From an uncultured Gammaproteobacteria bacterium (lineage in GTDB: Bacteria > Patescibacteriota > Patescibacteriia > UBA9570): DNA of 64,000 nucleotides. Position 1 is the first letter of the stretch, and each line of letters starts with the position of its first letter. Below the pieces are notes generated by a model, which was not told the DNA's origin, made no database searches, and saw nothing but the letters and a program-made list of their open reading frames with translations. Both the position numbers and the translations under genes were made by a program. The stretch lies in assembly GCA_964385285.1 (NCBI GenBank), contig CAYLOJ010000002.1, positions 67,246 to 131,245 of the forward strand, in the 5' to 3' direction. Positions 60,879-64,000 of the stretch are shown one piece after another.

Positions 60879-62135
60879 ATGAAGTACGATGTTAAAGATC
60901 TGAAATTGGCCACCCAAGGCAAACAGCGCATTGAATGGGCAGACCATGATATGCCAGTATTGCGTGATTTACGCGCTCGCTTTGAAAAACAGAAACCTCT
61001 GAAAGGGATGAAGATGTCTGCCTGTCTACACGTCACGGCAGAAACCGCTAACTTAGTCCGTACGCTCAAAGCCGGTGGAGCCGATGTCGTACTGTGTGCC
61101 TCTAATCCATTATCCACTCAAGATGATGTGGCTGCGGCTTTAGTAAAGCATTACGACATTCCAGTATTTGCCATTACTGGTGCTGATCATAAAACGTACT
61201 ACAAACATTTGAAAGCTGCGGCTGCTCATAATCCTAATGTTACGATGGATGATGGAGCGGACTTAGTGAACTTGATTTTGAAAGAACGTCCTGATTTACA
61301 CAACAAAATTGTCGCTTCCATGGAAGAGACAACTACTGGCGTCATTCGGTTACGCGCCATGGAAAAAGATGGTGTCTTAAAATTCCCTGTAGTCGCCGTG
61401 AATGATGCTAAATGTAAACATTTCTTTGACAACCGTTACGGTACAGGTCAATCCACCATTGATGGTATCATCCGCGCCTCGGATGTGCTGTTAGCTGGTT
61501 CGACCTTTGTGGTGGCTGGTTATGGCTGGTGTGGTCGTGGCTTAGCCGATCGCGCTCGTGGTATGGGTGCTAAGGTGATCGTCACGGAAGTGGATCCGGT
61601 TAAAGCGTTAGAAGCCGTCATGGATGGTTTCCGCGTGATGCCAATGGCAGAGGCTGCCAAAGAAGCGGATATTATCTGCACTGTTACGGGTAATATCAAC
61701 GTCTTAGATAAACGTCATTTCAAAGTGATGAAAGACGGTGCCATGATCTGTAACTCGGGTCATTTCAATGTAGAGATCAACTTGAATGATTTAAAGGCCA
61801 TGAGTAAAAAAGTTAGTCGCGTCCGTGAATTTGTGGAAGCCTATGCTTTGAAATCCAACAAAACTATTTATGTCCTTGGCGAAGGTCGCTTAGTGAACTT
61901 AGCGGCGGCTGAAGGTCACCCTGCTTCAGTGATGGATATGAGTTTTGCTGTGCAGGCCATGACGACTGAATGGGCTGTGAAGAATCATAAATCCCTCACG
62001 GCTAAGGTGTATGATGTGCCAGATCATATCGATGATAATGTGTCGCGTTTGAAACTGAAAACCATGGGAGTGAAGTTAGAATTACTCACCAACGAACAAC
62101 GGAAGTATCTGGCTTCCTGGGAAATGGGGACTTAA
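60879..62135 (+). CDS. ahcY: Adenosylhomocysteinase
   Basis: [42 protein letters not shown]. Confidence 0.98.
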   Translation: MKYDVKDLKLATQGKQRIEWADHDMPVLRDLRARFEKQKPLKGMKMSACLHVTAETANLVRTLKAGGADVVLCASNPLSTQDDVAAALVKHYDIPVFAITGADHKTYYKHLKAAAAHNPNVTMDDGADLVNLILKERPDLHNKIVASMEETTTGVIRLRAMEKDGVLKFPVVAVNDAKCKHFFDNRYGTGQSTIDGIIRASDVLLAGSTFVVAGYGWCGRGLADRARGMGAKVIVTEVDPVKALEAVMDGFRVMPMAEAAKEADIICTVTGNINVLDKRHFKVMKDGAMICNSGHFNVEINLNDLKAMSKKVSRVREFVEAYALKSNKTIYVLGEGRLVNLAAAEGHPASVMDMSFAVQAMTTEWAVKNHKSLTAKVYDVPDHIDDNVSRLKLKTMGVKLELLTNEQRKYLASWEMGT

Positions 62136-62156
62136 GATAACCCATCGTTAGAAAAC

Positions 62157-62189
62157 AATAACCCCACACTGCAAGTGTGGGGTTATTTT
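62157..62189 (+). terminator. Intrinsic terminator after ahcY
   Basis: AATAACCCCACACT-gca-AGTGTGGGGTTATT plus T-run. Confidence 0.85.
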
Positions 62190-62214
62190 GATAGGGAGAT
62201 ATTTTATTTGAAAG

Positions 62215-62273
62215 CCCTTTCGTCCTTGTTCTTATGAACTGGACTCATCAGTTGAGGTATTACCTCAAGAGGG
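62215..62273 (-). ncRNA. Hammerhead ribozyme, type III
   Basis: Minus strand: CCC-UC / UUGAGGU-AAU-ACCUCAA (stem I) / CUGAUGA / GUCC-A-GUUC-AUAA-GAAC-AA-GGAC (stem II) / GAAA-GGG (stem III). All catalytic core residues are present. Confidence 0.85.
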
Positions 62274-62357
62274 TGGTGAGCGGAGTCTCGTGGTTGGATC
62301 GGCGCGCAGGGCGTCGAACACAACACGATGAGACTCACACTCAGTACCCTCTACACA

Positions 62358-62750
62358 CTACTTCTTGTAGCACCCGACGCGAATGCCGCCATACCGATCA
62401 CCGGGCAAGGCATTGACTTCGATCATGCCAACCCCGGTTTTTACAGGCCTTGGACATTGGTTGTCCCAGGCAGTGGCGGCCGCAATGGCACGGTCGTAGG
62501 CGAGAGATTGACCCTCGTCAACTTCTGCCTTGCCCCAGGCCGATGGAATGCAGGTGTAACCCTGCGCCTCCATGGCCTTGAGTTGACCACACAACTCGGA
62601 GAAGCTGTGGGTCATGGGGGCTCCCTGCCTTGCGATCAGCGCGGAGTTGATGAAGTAGGCCTGATCTCCCTGCGCGAGGAGTTGGATGGACTCCTCAGCG
62701 AAGGCGGTGGAGAGGCAAGAGACGAGGACAACTGAGAGCAAACGGCGCAT
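62358..62750 (-). CDS. High-GC small secreted protein, unknown function
   Basis: Sec-type signal (MRRLLSVVLVSCLSTAFA); four mature-region Cys; AGGAG SD at 62760-62756. Confidence 0.7.
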   Translation of the reverse strand: MRRLLSVVLVSCLSTAFAEESIQLLAQGDQAYFINSALIARQGAPMTHSFSELCGQLKAMEAQGYTCIPSAWGKAEVDEGQSLAYDRAIAAATAWDNQCPRPVKTGVGMIEVNALPGDRYGGIRVGCYKK

Positions 62751-62999
62751 GGGCGCTCCTGAGGAAAAAGATGAAATGTTCTTCGCTTGCTGTACGTGGA
62801 CAGAGTAAAATCAATCCAGATACAGCAAGCAAAGAACTGTAGTGTGTAGAGAGTTGTTAAAGAACGATCACGGAAATAATTTATTTCCGTTCAGTGACGC
62901 TTTCGATTAAGAACGCATCACTGAACGGGACGGGAGCGGTGACTGTCGACGTGAATGCTTGCGCATCCGTGTCGAACCTTGTCACCGTTCCCGGTATCC

Positions 63000-63515
63000 C
63001 TAGTCACGTTTTGGTGCGATGGCGAACACTTGCCGACGCCGGAATTGGGGCGTCAGGCTGATGAGCAGACCACCACTCTCTGGGCGCTCGATCGCGAGTT
63101 CACCGGCCGCTTCGAGCGCCTGTAGCGCATCGAGGATGTTGCCGGTGTCGAGACTGGATTGCCGCTCATCCAACCAGTGGAAGAACGGCTCGAACCAGAA
63201 CGACTGCGGACGACCCATCTCGACGTGGTAGGTGCTGATGTGCCCGGCCAGGATGGAGCTGAGATCACCGCCATGGCTCTCGAGCATGCGGAGGCGCTTG
63301 TAGTCGCGCCAGTTGTCGAGGGTGCCGCGGGCGAAGATCGGGGTGGCGATCAGGTACGGGATGCCGATCAAGAGCAGGATGCCCCAAGGCGCACCGAACG
63401 ACACCACTGCCCACACCGCGAACCCGAGCGCGAAGGTGCAGAAGATCGTGACCAGGAGTGCTCCGACGAAGCGTGCGAGTGCGGACCAGGAAGAGGACGA
63501 GAATTGCGTGGGCAT
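63000..63515 (-). CDS. High-GC two-TM membrane protein with possible winged-helix-like C-terminus
   Basis: Two hydrophobic helices; ILDALQALEAAGELAI...LISLT; GGAGG SD at 63529-63525. Confidence 0.65.
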   Translation of the reverse strand: MPTQFSSSSWSALARFVGALLVTIFCTFALGFAVWAVVSFGAPWGILLLIGIPYLIATPIFARGTLDNWRDYKRLRMLESHGGDLSSILAGHISTYHVEMGRPQSFWFEPFFHWLDERQSSLDTGNILDALQALEAAGELAIERPESGGLLISLTPQFRRRQVFAIAPKRD

Positions 63516-63848
63516 GTGAATTAGCCTCCAAGGCTTGGTGAAGTGTGACTAGGAAGTTGGAAAAGAGCGACTGACTACTGCATTATCCCGCGAATTACCT
63601 GGTTTGAAACTAGGTCAAATGGGGATAGTTCACTGAACTCGAGTGAGCTCAAAATGAACGTATCAGTATAGATCTGCTGCTGAATTTGTTCAGAGCTAAA
63701 AAGTGCATAACTAAAAAATAACCAATCATTATTGGGTATAACGTATCCTATCCACTAGTCAGTAACTAGAAACTTACTGATCACTGCATAGGCCGGGAGA
63801 GAGGAAATATTCAACTCTCATCCCGGTGTCCTCCGCGGACTACTGCTA

Positions 63849-64000
63849 TCAGTTCGTCGTCAACAGATAGACCCCGAATCGGCCGATCGCACCGGCAATG
63901 AGAGCGGTGATGACCAACACGATGTTGATCCCCACCGCGCGAATCAGCCAGCCCGGGCCCTCCAGGACCTCCTTCAGGGTAGGCATGCCAGCCAATCCGA
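63849..64000 (-). CDS. High-GC membrane protein, C-terminal fragment (runs off window)
   Basis: ...GLAGMPTLKEVLEGPGWLIRAVGINIVLVITALIAGAIGRFGVYLLTTN-stop; followed by hairpin 63793-63826. Confidence 0.55.
   Translation of the reverse strand, partial: GLAGMPTLKEVLEGPGWLIRAVGINIVLVITALIAGAIGRFGVYLLTTN

Noticed and set aside
62234-62735. Plus-strand ORFs 62234..62416 and 62328..62735
   Set aside because: Antisense to the SD-led secreted-protein gene and the hammerhead; no recognisable features.
1-64000. Prophage, integron or IS explanation for the high-GC genes; alternative genetic code
   Set aside because: No integrase, transposase, phage genes or attC-like repeats were recognised; prfB is present and code-11 ORFs are full length.

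Overview
Chromosomal segment of a small-genome bacterium, most likely Patescibacteria/CPR of the ABY1 (Kerfeldbacteria-like) type. This is inferred from a giant pilin-fused Cys-rich surface protein, Asn/Thr-linker membrane proteins, split comEC and mostly SD-less starts. The backbone (roughly mid-40s % GC by eye) carries housekeeping genes (pth, der, hisS, rpsU, ybeY, ftsA/Z, mutM, UvrD-nuclease, prfB, glmS). It also carries modules unusual for CPR: nrdR-cobO-nrdJ-putative B12 transporter, ANTAR-regulated glnA, TPP-riboswitch thiBPQ, a folate cluster and metK-adenosine kinase-ahcY. The most striking signal is seven solitary high-GC genes scattered among backbone genes. Where the leader is visible they share a strong Shine-Dalgarno, usually a sigma70 promoter and a boxA-like motif; all have a long 3' hairpin. 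One is followed by a complete type III hammerhead ribozyme predicted to cut exactly at the base of that hairpin. No tRNA, rRNA, CRISPR array or transposase was recognised. All calls are by eye, without database searches.
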